64,000 bases of DNA from Asterias rubens (taxonomy: Eukaryota), in the NCBI RefSeq assembly GCF_902459465.1, contig NC_047063.1, positions 12,214,001-12,278,000 of the forward strand, given 5' to 3'. Positions 10,411-24,318 of the stretch are shown here, piece after piece. Positions within the stretch are counted from its first letter, which is position 1; each line of letters opens with the position of its first letter. Both the position numbers and the translations under genes were made by a program. The notes beneath the pieces are model-generated. The model did not search any database, was not told the DNA's origin, and saw nothing but the letters and a program-made list of their open reading frames with translations.

Positions 10411-13400
10411 ACTCGTGTAGGAAGAACATCATGTCTTAAATCCATTACTCGGATGAAAATAAATGTAGCGAGAAAAAAGTATTACAATTTCTTCCTCTCT
10501 GACCTTGTGCATACAAAAGCACAACCCAGAAAAGCAAAAAGCAGTTCTGAAAATTCCAACGAAAAAGCTAAGTAGTTTTATAGGTTGACCTTAAATAACT
10601 CACACTCAATAAATAATTGTTTGAACAATTTCCTGAGGTACTTAGTCAAGAAATAAACGAGCAGACGTATACATCCTCGATTGACTGCACAGTTTAGACT
10701 CAGTAAGTGGTTACAGAATGATATTGAGTGATTCATTGTATAACAACCAACAATAATTACTGTGAATCTTAACTGATGACTCCGCTCGCTGCGCCATCAG
10801 CCGCCACGCTGTGCTCTAGCTGCCCCACAGCTGATGTCTGGCGCAGACCTTATAAATTTATCATTTCATAAATCAACATTTACATGGATCTTGCGTGCCG
10901 TGTTTGCCGGTGCATAGGACGTGTAATTTGATGATACATACGAAAAAATATTCCCAGTGTGAATTTACACAATTGAAATTTTTGAGGTATCCGTTTGTAA
11001 GCGAATACTTTTTCCACTTGTCACGGTTGGGGAGAGTCGAAGGAAATACAAGTTTAAGGTGCACATGTACATGTAAAAGTGCTGATATTTGAGTTTCATA
11101 AATTGTACAATGCAAAATATTAAATTTTCATACACATCATCATTTTAGGTAAGCATGCTGATTTCTGATTGTAACATTTTGTCAGTTCGAATAATAAAAG
11201 TACAAACTTTATACCATGGATTTTATAGCTCAAAAATCAAAAATATATTTTCTTTACAACTACACACAAAAACTTGCAATACAATTATTCATTTCAACGA
11301 CCACCCAGAAATAGTCCAGCATCCCAAGCCGAAAAGAAATCACTGAAATAGCCGCGCTTGTAATTTACACACCATCCCAATTTCTACAACGATTATTAAA
11401 CTTACACAATTGAAATCTGAAAAAATAGAATTAGCTGTTGCAAACAACTTACCAACCAAATGGACCGAGAGCATTTTTTACAATTGAAATTTCTGAGCTA
11501 TGTCTGCTTGTAAGCAAATACTTTTCAACTTGTCACGGTTGGGGGAGAGTCAAAGGGAATACTGCTCTGAGGTTAATAAAACTGTAATACGTTCTTGGAT
11601 TGCAGGAGATTAGATTTTGTTTAATCAGCTTTAAACCACAGTCAGTTCTGGATTAGATAAAAGATAATCTGACATGGTTTAAATCCCAGAGGTCTGTAGT
11701 ACTCCTAGCTCACTGTATCTACACACTTTTCAATACCATTTTATTGCTACCCTTTAACACCCAAAATAAGTGAATTAGGGCGCAAGAGAGAAACAGTTAC
11801 GTTACTTCTTTAAACGCAGCGTAATTCAGTTCTTTACGAGCCGATAGGAAAATTCATTAAACGCTTCATCAATTTTTTGTTAAGACATCAAATAACTAAA
11901 TTTAATCTTTATTAATGCTTCTTAAGGCCTTAACTCTGGATGGTTCAATTTAAGACTTTTTAATACTTTTAAGGATACACAGAAACCCTGCTGCTATTCT
12001 GTGTCTTACCGTTAAAAAAAGAAGAAGAAAAATTGTCACACTAAAAGCTCCAAATGTCACTGATATAAAGGACTACGAAGATTAGATATCCCGGTGTTCA
12101 TTTAAAACGATATCATTTAAAGATGATTTGTTATTTTAGCTGTATTTATTATTGTTCATTCAAACTTGATTGTATTTTTAATATATGCAAAAGTACATAT
12201 ATGAATATTCATAGCCTATTGTTGGTCATGTGACATCATTCCAACATTGTAACCACACCCACTGTGAATGAATTGTTACGGATCACTACCAGAAACAAAT
12301 TGGAAATTCAGTCTCAATATTTTATTAGAAGAAAAAATCAAAGCTTTACAGGACAACTCCCAAAGCTCAAATCAATATTAATGTTCAAAGATTAATTTTT
12401 TAAAGAAAACTTGTCACCCCCCCCCCTTCAGTCTGTAAATGGTTGCATATGATGAATACCAGTTAAATAAGACTGGTGCACATACTCTATCAACAACACC
12501 GTCTCTGGAGGCTCAAAGACACTCATAAATATTCATCAATTTCTCATGCATATTCGCAGCAGAAAATTACACCCACATCAAGTAATCCCTCTACAAGATG
12601 CTTTTTCTCCAAACGCCAATGTTTCGCGTCAAAGCACCATGTATCTCTGAGACATACAGAGAAAATCTAAGACACTTCCAAAACACCTGGCAGCTGAAGA
12701 CGCCTTCCGAACTCGATGACTTATTACTCTCCTCTAAAAAAGATGAGACCAAATCAATATGAGAATGTCCGAATCTATAAGCGTCTGTCTAATTCCGAAG
12801 CCCTCAAGCTGTGCAATAAACGTGAATCACTCGTCGTCCCAATCACTGTTAACGGCAATAAGCCTTTTAAGATATCGGACATGAATTCAACATGAAAGTT
12901 ACCTCAGGGGGAAGGGGGGACGTTTCCCAATTCAATTGCAATGCTATTTCAATTCAGTATAGCAGAGGATGGGACACTTTTTTTTCCTGCATCTAAAATG
13001 AATGTGTTCAGCCTCCATTGTCAATCACAAGAGAAATTCTTATAATGTCTGACAATCTTGATTATACTGTGAATATTTTATTTGTTTTCTATCGTGCCTC
13101 GGAGATGTTCAGCCAATGTTTGCATATGGTGTGTTTGGGATCTTTACAGTCGTCCAACTTGAAGTCACAAAATGCCTGAACCCAATTGTGACGAACGCAA
13201 AGTCATCCCTGTCCATTAGATCCAAAGATCAGTGCAAAGCTCCGGGTAAAATGAGTGTAACATCAATTTTGAGTTGGACAATTTCATTTTCGTTGGAGAA
13301 TTTGGTTTAAGAGAGGATCATTTAAGTAACATACAAGTACAAACAAGTGGAATGTGAAATAAAGCATGAACACAGCTTTAAAAAGATCTCATACATGCAC

Positions 13401-14173
13401 AATGCATCTTTTGCTTTTAATTCAGTGAGGGCAGGGATAAAATCCTCAGACTTTTTCAGTTCTTAGAAGTAACGATTATTATTATTTCTTTTTATATATA
13501 CATTTACCATAGTAAATGGAAAAAATGGGAGAAAATGGATTCTTTGGAAAGCTGTTCATTCAATCCTGTGAGATTATTGGTAAAGAACCATGAAGAAAGT
13601 TCATCACTGATGAGGCTTTACTGTTTTAGGATACTTGGGGCAACTTTCAAAACAACATTATGTAATGTTTGATGTTTAAGTCTTTCAAATTATTATTTTA
13701 TAACAGTATGTAATTGCTCAGTGATGAACATAGGTCAAGCAGAGACATTGAACTGTGCAAATGTATGAACTCTCACAGTCACTTTAAAATCTAACACGTT
13801 ATCATTTCGTAAAAATCCTGTTAAGCGCGAAAATATTTTGGTTTTCCAGTCTGTTGGGTTACCAAGACGACAATTTGTAGCACAGCTCTGCACTAACAAA
13901 CAGTAGCAGGACAAAAAAACAGTAGCAGCACAAATAACCGCGGATTGGAAAGATGTTGCGTTTGTGTCAACCCCACAGCAACGCCTAAAGCTTTACGTCT
14001 TTACTCTATGCCATAACCACCCAATATTAGTTTGTCGTTCCCACATCAACCTATTAAGTCAGACCAATATGTTTCACTTCCCTGGGGGGACGAGAATTAC
14101 TTTTTAATAACGTCACGAAAATTAGGTCCTCGGGGGGATGTTTTGATGAAGTGAATAAGAGGACAGTCATTAA

Positions 14174-14557
14174 AGGGCTGGGGTACTTTTTGTAAGGCAT
14201 AAAACACATTTAAGTCCAACAAAAGTCCAGATTTGCATCAAACTTACCTGGTTTAAAGATATTGATGATAGAAAGCTTTCCTTAAAATATTACTTGCCGA
14301 GGTGGTGTAGTTTTTGAGAAACGAGCCAAACAATTTCATTAGAAAAATTATTTTAGCATGTTCATCGGATTTACGCAACTCTCCTGAAAAACTTGCTCTG
14401 TAATTTTCACAAATTTTCTCACAAAATGTGACAACTAATGTAATGAGGCTTAAACTTCTACAGGAAAATGTTATCACATACATTGTACATCGTCACGCAC
14501 AGTGAGTAGAGATTCATGTCTTGGCCAAAAAAATTGATCTTCAAAAGGTATCACAAC
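14174..14557 (+). mobile_element. TTAA MITE family D
   Basis: agggctggggtactttttg start; homologous to 35461-35838. Confidence 0.75.
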
Positions 14558-14730
14558 CAGGCCTGGAATTTCATCTTTGAAAGGGCAGGGCCACTTTCAT
14601 TTTGCAAAGGGCACTTCCATTGGGAAATCTTAAAGTAAATGGGAAACTTTTAAAGGGGCACCAAGGCTACGACATGGGGCAACGGAGGCAATGCATGGCC
14701 TTCGTGGGCCTGTGTGTAATTCCAGGCCAG
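14558..14730 (+). mobile_element. MITE family G (CAGGCCTGGAATT termini); other copies at about 32546-32850 and 56178-56326
   Basis: Shared gaaagggcagggccactttcatttt...gggcacttcc interior. Confidence 0.75.
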
Positions 14731-15745
14731 CAAAGCCCTTTAAGAGTCTGTTTAATATGCCAAGATTTGCTTCTGGATCTAAGACATCCTGCGACAAGGT
14801 CAATCATCCGTAGATTCTGAATGACTTGAGGGAGTATTAAAGAAAAGTGTTTATTTTGATTGACTGTAAGAATGGAAAAGATTGACATTTATTTTTTTAA
14901 ATGAGCACAAGTAAATCTTTTGCCTTTCAAATTTTTAAAATTGTTTTACTAATCTGAAAACATTGATTCCTAATCAATTTTGAGCAGTGAATGAACTAAA
15001 ATTGGCACAAGTGTCAGCCGTCGGTAGCCCATTTGAAATCCTCCTACATAAGAGTTCTCATTAATAAATAAAAGCCAGAGCTTTATTTAGACTTAGTCTA
15101 CTATCTTATGCTTTAAATAATGATTGGGGCTTAGTTTAAACCTCTGACCCCTGGATTAACGTGCCAGTGTTCCACCAACTGAGCTATCTTGCCCTACTTT
15201 TGGCCGTCTCCCTGTTTTACAGGCATGTGAGTAACTATCCATGAAAAAAAAGAGGAAAAGAGAAAACTGGGCAAGAAAAAATGAGAAAAAGGCTTCCTAT
15301 ACTATAGTTCACAGAAACTGAAGAAGAAAAAGAGGAAAATCAAAACCAAAAAGAAGAGGACATCAGCTGAAAAGAGGAAGTCTCACATGCCGATTTTGTT
15401 AATACCTTTGATTTGTTGCACAGTGTTTTAATCACATCAAAATATTCAAACTGCACACAGTGTACAAAACCTAAACAGCCATTACCGAGAATTTCGAATA
15501 TGCTGTTTTAAACCAGGCACCCCTATGCATAGGAAATGCCACACACAAAAATTGAATAAAATAATCAAGGGCAAAGAATACAATAGTCACACAATCAACT
15601 GGAGGGAAGCAACTAACCCATTAGCGGTAATCAAATCATATGGACAGCGGAATCAAACAGACGGGGAATTATTAAAATATTGACGGCTTCGAAAAATCAA
15701 ACAGGGAGAGTGGAGACAAAACTCAAAAAAATTAAAAATAATTTA

Positions 15746-16077
15746 AGGTGTACATCTATGAAGCACACCTTTGGTAGTTGTCAAAGACCAGTAATCTCAC
15801 TTGGTGTATCCCATCATATAAAACAACAAATCTGTGAAATGTTGGACTCAATTGGCCATAGAAGTTGCAAGAGAATAGTGGGGGAAAAAAAGACACCCTT
15901 GTTGCACAAATTTGTGTTCTTTCAGATGCCTGAACAAATATTCAAAGAGAAATTACATCTTTTAATTCAGAAATTACCTCTTTCTCAAAAACTACATTAC
16001 ATGAGAGGGAGCTGTTTCAAACACAATGTGCTTTACTATCAGTAAAATTGAGTACATACCAATAGTGTCCAAGGCCT
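15746..16077 (+). mobile_element. MITE family A, diverged
   Basis: Homologous interior; right end aggcct|ttaa. Confidence 0.75.
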
Positions 16078-16431
16078 TTAATGGGAATGTAACCTTTGGT
16101 TTTTGGAATCATTTGCTTGTTTTAATCCAAAATAAATGTAGAAAAAGAAAAAAAAATCTCTGTTTCAAATCATCCAAACAAATTGTTGTTGTTTAAAAAA
16201 GACAGGTGACGTTTGACGTGTGTTGCACCAAATAAACAACAATAATCTGTTTGTTTGTGTGTCATATAACTACACCTCAACAGCCATGACGTCATTGGCA
16301 AGAAAGATTTGTCATTTGTCACCAATTCAAGGTCACGGTTGTTTAGTCAAGGCTGGCTCAGGTGGCATCAACAAAACGGTTATAGAAATTTTCAAAATTT
16401 CCCCTTCTGACGTTAGACCTTTTTTTTTTAA

Positions 16432-16796
16432 AGCCATTATACACTTTCGGAACAGACAAAAAAAAAAGTTCACAGATTTACAAATAACTTACAGGGTTTA
16501 CAGAAGGTAATGGTGAAAGACTTCTCTTGAAATATTATTCCATGAAATGCTTTACTTTTTAAGAAAACATTAAAACAGTTATCAATTCTCTATATCGAGA
16601 ATACAGATTTATTTTAAACACATGTCATGACACGGCGAAACGTGCAGAAACAAAGGGTGGGTTTTGCATTATTTTCTCCCGACTCCGGTGACCGACTGAG
16701 CCTAAATTTTCACAAGTTTGCTATTTTATATATAAGTTGTGATTCACGATGTGTGGGCCTTTGGACAATACTGTTTACCGAAAGTGTCCAATGGCT
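16432..16796 (-). mobile_element. TTAA MITE family B (TIR AGCCATTGGACACTTTCGG)
   Basis: TIRs; homologous to 24319, 29830 and 57708. Confidence 0.85.
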
Positions 16797-19382
16797 TTGA
16801 AGGTGAAGGTACAACAATCAGTTCATGGATAGGACCACATCAAGACTGGCTTAAAAATAAATTAGAGATTATGTGGAATTTAAGGCATTGCATGGTGAGG
16901 TATCAATGTATAATTTAGTTTGCAGTAACAGCATTTGTATCTACTTGCTGTGGGCAGATAATGCTCTTTTGAGAACTTGTCTTATTTTACTGCTGCAGAG
17001 TCGATTTGGGGAATTCGGGATGCTTCTTTACTGCCGCAGAGTAGATTTTTGTTCGAAATTTTGGGTCCTCTCAGTTTTCAAGGGCTCAAAGGTTTTTAAC
17101 AAGCATGCACAGGATTAGAAGTAGCTTTTTAATTTTTCACAAATTGCAAAGGGATAAATCTCTGGAGATAACATCGAATTATGAATAAGAAATGATGCAC
17201 CATGACAACTGATGGCTGTCTTAATCTAAGATGGAAATTTAATGTTAATAATGACTGCACATGTTTCAGCTGGTGATGTCTTCGGCACAGTTTCGGGGAA
17301 GAGTTCAACAACCACAAGAAATTGAACTTAAACCATGCAAACGAGCATTCCACTTTATGCGTATCATCTAATGAAATAAAACGGATCTATTCACATTCTT
17401 TTCCAAATTGACGCTCACGGTTGTTTCAGGATGAATAGCTTATTTAATATTTTAAGTAATGTCATTATCTTCACATAAAATATGTTAAACATTGTGCATG
17501 TAATTTGTAAACGTCTAATTTAATTTTCATCAGAGTATGTTTTTTTGCACTCAATTACTTTGCATTCTCTGATTAAATAACAAACTATGGTCAAAGCAAG
17601 ACACAATTTCCAGCAGTTTATTTGCTCGGCAAACTGAGCAGACTACCGGCCACACACAGTGTACTACACATTAAAAAAAAAACTGTTGGTGACCTGTTTC
17701 TGTGTTAAGCACATCTGTCACGCTTAGCAGCTTTATAATGACCCCCCCTTGCAGTTTCAGGTACAAACCATTCAGAAGTAAACACCTTTTACTAGACATG
17801 TCAACAAATGTTCGTGCACAAGATTTACGACAAACACCAAACAATAAATTCCATCATTATTAACAAAACAAGTCCACCAAAAAAGCACCCATCCAGAGAG
17901 TTGTAATTAATTCCCTTTCATACAATTGCTTATTGATCAGGTGGTGGGGGGGGGGGGTCCATTGCAACGAGCCAACCCAATGACTTATGACTTCAATAAG
18001 ATTGATTGTGTCTTGGCCTTTTACAAATCAATATTAATTACACAAATGCACTGAATTAGCTGCCAGCTGATGGAGATGAGTGCACAGAGGGGGGAAAACA
18101 CTGTACATTACTTAACATACTCATGGGCCGACAGCCTGTAATACATCATCTTCTTGATATCACGTGATTGATGACTTCTGTTTTTGCCTTCACATTCTAG
18201 TATTGAAGGAAAAACAAATCCCGATTGATTTTTGCCTGATCATTCAGATGATTTTTTCTAAAAGGAAAATCGGATTCTGCGAATTCAAATATTGAAAAAC
18301 ATAAAACAATGCAAAATACATTGTAGCTGTTTTTTGTAGGCCTTGATACTTCATTTCAGGGGCAATTGCCTCCTTTTACTCCTGGCCAATGCCTTTGTGC
18401 CCCTTGAAATGTTCAATTTACAATTTTCCTCTACGAGGTACATGTACCATACACGTATACCAAGTAGAAAAGACCTTGGTGCCCTTACCCTTTCAAAAAT
18501 GAGGCATCTGACAGTGACAAGTAATATTTTATATAATACATTTTCTGAGCAGAATTTGAAACATGAAGTCACTAGACTGTACGTTCCAAAGATGTATTTC
18601 TGCACCAGTCATCAGCTCAAAATTCAATGCCAGTTTAATTGAATACCATCAGACTTCTGGAATAAACTTAAACTTATTTCATTTTATTTCAGCACATCCA
18701 ACAGCGCAAGCGCCAATGACAGGATGGATAAAAACATTAAATTACATAAAATTGCACAATAAAATGATTTAAACAGACAAAACAGGACAAAACAATTAAA
18801 ATGGCGAAAAGACCTTACATCAAAATAGTTAAAACACAAGTTTCACTATGGACCCGACCTCGAGAGATAGAGGTGAAAGATGAGGCTCGATATTTTAATT
18901 CCCATTTTCAAATGAACTCTATCTATTGGCAAAATGAGTGAGCCACAGAACTGAATTTGACCTTGGAGCAGCCAGCCCCTCTTTAATTACAACTTCTATT
19001 AAAATGCCTACAGCAATTAGCTTCTTCATCAAGTCCAAGACTCCCATAGAATATGTACATCTATAAACACCTACATACCATCTCCCCTCGCACATATAAA
19101 ATGTTGGAATCGTAAAACACAAAACAAGAAACATCCAGAGATTCGCAGAGATTTATTGTATGAATTAGTCAAAAACCTAAGATATTTTATGCATAAGGCT
19201 AGGAGTGGTCTGAGATTAAGGCTTTCTTTTCTGCTCCGTCAAACATCCTTCCTCAGGAAAACAAGAAAAGAAAAAAATCTTGGAGCCGTAGGCCACTTCC
19301 AGTATGTGATTACCGTTTCAATTATTTCTACGTGGTAAGAAAGCCACCTGCTCTTGAATCTTATACATGCCTACAACCTCAC

Positions 19383-20790
19383 TGATTGGTAGCTGGCAGG
19401 TGCACATGAAGGACGAGAGCCTCATAATATGCCCTGTGCCTAGATTTTATGTTCACCCTGGAACCTAAAATATATGATATTCTAATCTCACCCGATTGGC
19501 AGCTAGCAGGTGAACCTGAAGGTCTATACCCTCTCACACCCAGTACCAAGATGTCTTTACCCCGGAGCCTTAAACAGGGTGTTGTTATAACTTCTCTAAT
19601 CAAATGCCAGCAGGTAAACATGAAGGCCTACATGTTTGCCCTTAAAAGCCCAGCACCTAGATATCCTGACCCCGGAGCCTTAAACAAAGAGCTGTCTCTC
19701 TGATCAAATCTCAGCAGGTAAACATGAAGGCCTACATGTTTGCCCTTTAAAGCCCAGCACCTAGATATCCTTACCCCAGAACCTTAAACAAGGAGCTGTG
19801 TCTCTGATCTAATCTCAGCAGGTAAACATGAAGGCCTATACATGTATCTACGCCTTTCTAGCCCAATACCTAGATGTTTTTAGCCTCAAGCCTTTGAACA
19901 GGGAGTTGTCTTAACCTCTCTGATCAAATGCCAGCTGGTACCCATGATGGCCTATATGTACGCCCTTTATAGCCCAGTACCTAGATATCCTTTAGAGCTT
20001 TTGAACAGGGAGTTGTCTTAACCTCTCTGATCAAATGCCAGCAGGTACCCATGATGGCCTATAGTGTATATACGCCCTTTATAGCCCAGTACCTAGATAT
20101 CCTTAAGAGCCTTTTATCAGTTGTCTTAACCTCTCTGATCAAATGCCAGCAGGTACCCATGATGGCCTATATGTACGCCCTTTATAGCCCAGTACCTAGA
20201 TATCCTTTAGAGCTTTTGAACAGGGAGTTGTCTTAACCTCTCTGATCAAATGCCAGCAGGTACCCATGATGGCCTATATGTACGCCCTTTATAGCCCAGT
20301 ACCTAGATATCCTTTAGAGCTTTTGAACAGGGAGTTGTCTTAACCTCTCTGATCAAATGCCAGCAGGTACCCATGATGGCCTATATGTACGCCCTTTATA
20401 GCCCAGTACCTAGATATCCTTTAGAGCTTTTGAACAGGGAGTTGTCTTAACCTCTCTGATCAAATGCCAGCAGGTACCCATGATGGCCTATAGTGTATGT
20501 ACGCCCTTTATAGCCCAGTACCTAGATATCCTTTAGAGCTTTTGAACAGGGAGTTGTCTTAACCTCTCTGATCAAATGCCAGCAGGTACCCATGATGGCC
20601 TATAGTGTATGTACGCCCTTTATAGCCCAGTACCTAGATATCCTTAAGAGCCTTTTATCAGTTGTCTTAACCTCTCTGATCAAATGCCAGCAGGTAAACA
20701 TGAAGGCTTTTACATAAGCCCCTTCTAGCCAAGTACCTACATGAATGTCTGTGTCTCTGATCAAATGCCAGCAGGCAGAATGCCCATGTA
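19383..20790 (+). repeat. Minisatellite with a unit of about 107 bp (7 homogeneous core units at 19921-20676, diverged flanks; relics extend to about 21460)
   Basis: tgatcaaatgccagcagg recurs at 19921, 20028, 20136, 20243, 20350, 20457, 20569, 20677 and 20758; weaker at 19597, 19701 and 19805. Confidence 0.97.
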
Positions 20791-22334
20791 CAGTATTTCA
20801 CACCCAGTGCCTACAAGTAGATGTCTTTACCATTGTATCATCTTAACACTCTACCACAACATGCGCATATGAAAACCTTTATGTACATGTATACCCATTT
20901 CACGCCCAATAGCTACATGTACAGATTTTGAACCCAATATAGGGCTTGATCTCAACCCACCAGATGCCCACAAACTGACCCAATCACACCCTCATTACCT
21001 TGATACCATATAAAGGTTGACATTTGGAACCAGCTGACAGTAGTACATGAACACAAAAAGCTGATACCCACTCACGCAAATACCTTTACAATTGAACCAG
21101 AAATATTAACTTAACTAATTGGAGAATAGCAGGTGCACATGAAGGCTGACAACCTTTAATGCCAGAGCCTAGATCCCTCGAATGGTCCTATATAATGCAT
21201 ATTAACCTTCCTGATTAAATTATAAATGCGTTCAGTATTGACCTTGAATAGTTGAATAAAGATGCGTCTACATGTACATGTGTAGAGCTTGAACTAATTG
21301 TACCTTAATCACACTGAGTATATACATGTGGATAACCAATTTGGGATCTCATACCCAGTGAAGCCCAGTACCCAGACACCCCTAGAGCTAAACTATTATG
21401 TACTTTTGAATCTGGTACCTAGTTTAGTTCAGTGCCTACATATCCTAACCTCTCCAGGCCCCTTGCTTTTCCTCCCCCCGTAAAACTTGTCAAATCAAAC
21501 GCTTTTATCACTGACTTTGCTTTGTAGCCATTTACATTTATGGGATGATGTGGCTGTTTGATTTTACCTATACATTGCCAACAACTCAACCATTTAGTAG
21601 TTACGTTCCTCTCAAATAAGCTTCTCAGCTGCCAAAAAAATAGATGATTAGGCGCCCTAGTTATTCTTGTTAATGCCCAGTACATGTCTGTCATGGAAGT
21701 CCACATATCTTTAAGATGCTAACCATTGTGCCAAGACGTACTGAACCTGTGTGTGAGGGGAGTCAATATAAAATGTTGAGACCAAACCGGCTCTTTCCAG
21801 AGCCAACACTCCCACAATAGAGATTTAATACATGGTTGTACCCGCAAGTTATACTATAACTTATGGGGTTAATACCATTGGAAGTGAATACTCTCTCCTT
21901 GGAGGGTTTAGATCAGCCTCAAGAATCATCTTAAAGTCACTGCCCAAGAGCAGTCCCTTTTCAATCACTGCGTATCATCTCCAGAGTTTATCTCTTGAAA
22001 TGGATACCTCAGTATCGGCCTTTTTTTTTCAAGTCATGAACTCTGGGGTTAATGTTGAAGGAGGTCAGCATTGGAACTTGATCAAAGTTCATGGTTTTCT
22101 GGCTATGTAGAGATATGCCACGGAGGATGAATGCCCTTTACTTGCATTCAAGATACATTCAAACCATCTGTTTTGTCATCCACTATGACTTATGCGTATG
22201 TCTCCAGCAGTTAACTAAGAACGATGCTCACTGTCAGTGTCTGAACAGGTCCTCCTTGAAAATTTATACTCAATAATCCAAACAATAGGTTATCAATACT
22301 CGAAAGCCAGAAAGTAAATATCAAATACTCAACA

Positions 22335-22652
22335 AGGAATCTTCGATCAAGTTCCATGCTTCTCCTCATTGAACCCAAGTCTCGACACTCATGGGGTGAC
22401 AGGTCTTTTTCTTCAGCCGCGCCACGCATCTGGAACTCTCTACCACTTAATCTTCGATCTTGTGTTTGTACCGCAAAATTCAAGTCTCTTCTCAAAACTT
22501 ATCTTATGTCACAGGTTTTCAATGACTAATTTTGTTGTGTCTGTTTTTCTTTGTGTTTTGTTTTTGTTTTTTGTTTTTGGTTTTACTGCGCCTTGAACAC
22601 CCAGCAGGGTGGATATGTGCGCATTACAAGTCTTATTATTATTTATTATTAT
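22335..22652 (+). mobile_element. L2/CR1-clade LINE 3' end
   Basis: 22335-22529 encodes RNLRSSSMLLLIEPKSRHSWGDRSFSSAAPRIWNSLPLNLRSCVCTAKFKSLLKTYLMSQVFND*, a typical L2 ORF2 C-terminus, followed by a 3' UTR and an (ATT)n tail. Confidence 0.9.
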
Positions 22653-24318
22653 TAACAGATGACCAATTCTGAAAATCGCCAGCAGGTGATAAATTTCAAA
22701 TATCCACTAATGAATTTCAATAGTCGATAACCGATACCCAATAACCAATCATTTGATTATTAATTAATACTCAATGCTCAACAACAGATGACAAATAATC
22801 AAAATCAAACACCTTGATGATAAATTTCAAATATCCACTAACAAATAATCAATATGCAATATCCAAAAGTTGATAACCGTCAATCAATAACCAAATAATA
22901 GGTTATCAATAGTCAATAGCCAACAGTAAATATTCAATACTCAACAACAAATGATCAATACTCAAAACCAAGAGCAAAGTTATGATAAATTGAAACAGCA
23001 GCATAAATGACTACAAGTTTCGTTAAAGTTTGTATACTTTAAATGTCAAATGCTTTTATATTAACATACATGCAATAGCAATACAGACACTTTCAATTTT
23101 TTTAAACAGATTGTTAGCTGATATTTCTAAATTACTTAAAACTGTACCTATAAAGTACACTTTCCTTGTGACACTAACAGTCTATCAACATTCATGGGAT
23201 TTTCTTATTTATGTCTTCAAGATACTGTGGAACTGTGTTTTTCACACAGTAACAAATGGCCTTGCAGAGCTTTCTATTTTTGATGAGTATTTGTGTCTAG
23301 GCGCACACACAAAAATCAATGTCAACGTTGTTGTTTTTAATGTTGATTTACTGCATTTAACAATGCACTGGTACCAGCTTGCTGATTAAAATAACAGTCA
23401 TCATTCATTGCATTATGTGTATATATCTTTCGATTTTTTTTTTTTTTTTTAAATATACAGAAAGATTTTCAAAAAATCATTTTTGCATTCTCTCCCATCA
23501 GTTTTTTGTTTTGTTAAGTTTTTCTTGTTATTCAATGACGTCATATTTAAAATTTCGCTCTGAAAACAAAATGAAATTTTTATACCATGAGGACACGAGG
23601 TTAGAGATTTGTAATTTTATTCCGCGCTATCATTAGGACTTTATCTCTCGGAAAACGAATGTGTCACATAACTGATTTATGTTGGAACCTCTCTTTATAA
23701 CCAATGTTTTATGGTCAAGCAGCTCCATGAAATAAGGCCCAGTTCATTCGGTCCTACTGGATGCAAAATCTTGATAACCTTTTCAGATTGCTTAGAAGGA
23801 AAACAAAATCATTCTAGTTTTCTTATTTGTTGTTAGGATATTGTGGTTTTTCGGGGGAGGGGGGGTTTGGGGGGGGGGGGCTGGAATATTCTGTATCAAA
23901 TTTGTTTTTTGTACGTAGTAGGGATAAACATATAAATGATGTTTTCAATTGCAGATACATTTTCACTAAATTAAAACCCCCAAAAATTCAATAATTTCAA
24001 CATAAATGAGAATGATTTCATCTCCGCTGTGATGTTGACCCTGGCACTGTGTACATAACACCCACGTTATTGATGTTATTTTAAGTTAAGGGGAGGATTG
24101 GGGGTTGAGAGAAAAATACTGGAACAAGAAATGGATTCAAGGATCAATAGACCAGAGAAGCACCTGAGAGTCCTTGACAGTCCGGGGAGGAAGGAAACCC
24201 CCCGTTTTCTTACCAAGAGACAGTGCCTTCTCCCCTCCTGAGTAAATCACTGCCTTAAAGGAACATTACAGTAAGAAAAGAAAAAACTGTGAAGATTACA
24301 GATTAACATTAAACTTAA

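Noticed and set aside
19921-20760. Regular repeat that might be taken for a CRISPR array
   Set aside because: The whole unit repeats with no unique spacers, the context is eukaryotic, and there are no cas genes.
21780-22260. Minus-strand MNFDQVPMLTSF segment reminiscent of pogo DDE transposases
   Set aside because: The similarity covers only a few residues, frames are broken by stops and no further motifs follow. A sensitive tBLASTn would be needed.
23853-23881. G-run with G-quadruplex potential (also at about 17945, 29515, 41300 and 46750)
   Set aside because: Simple homopolymer tracts that are common in this genome type, with nothing locus-specific.
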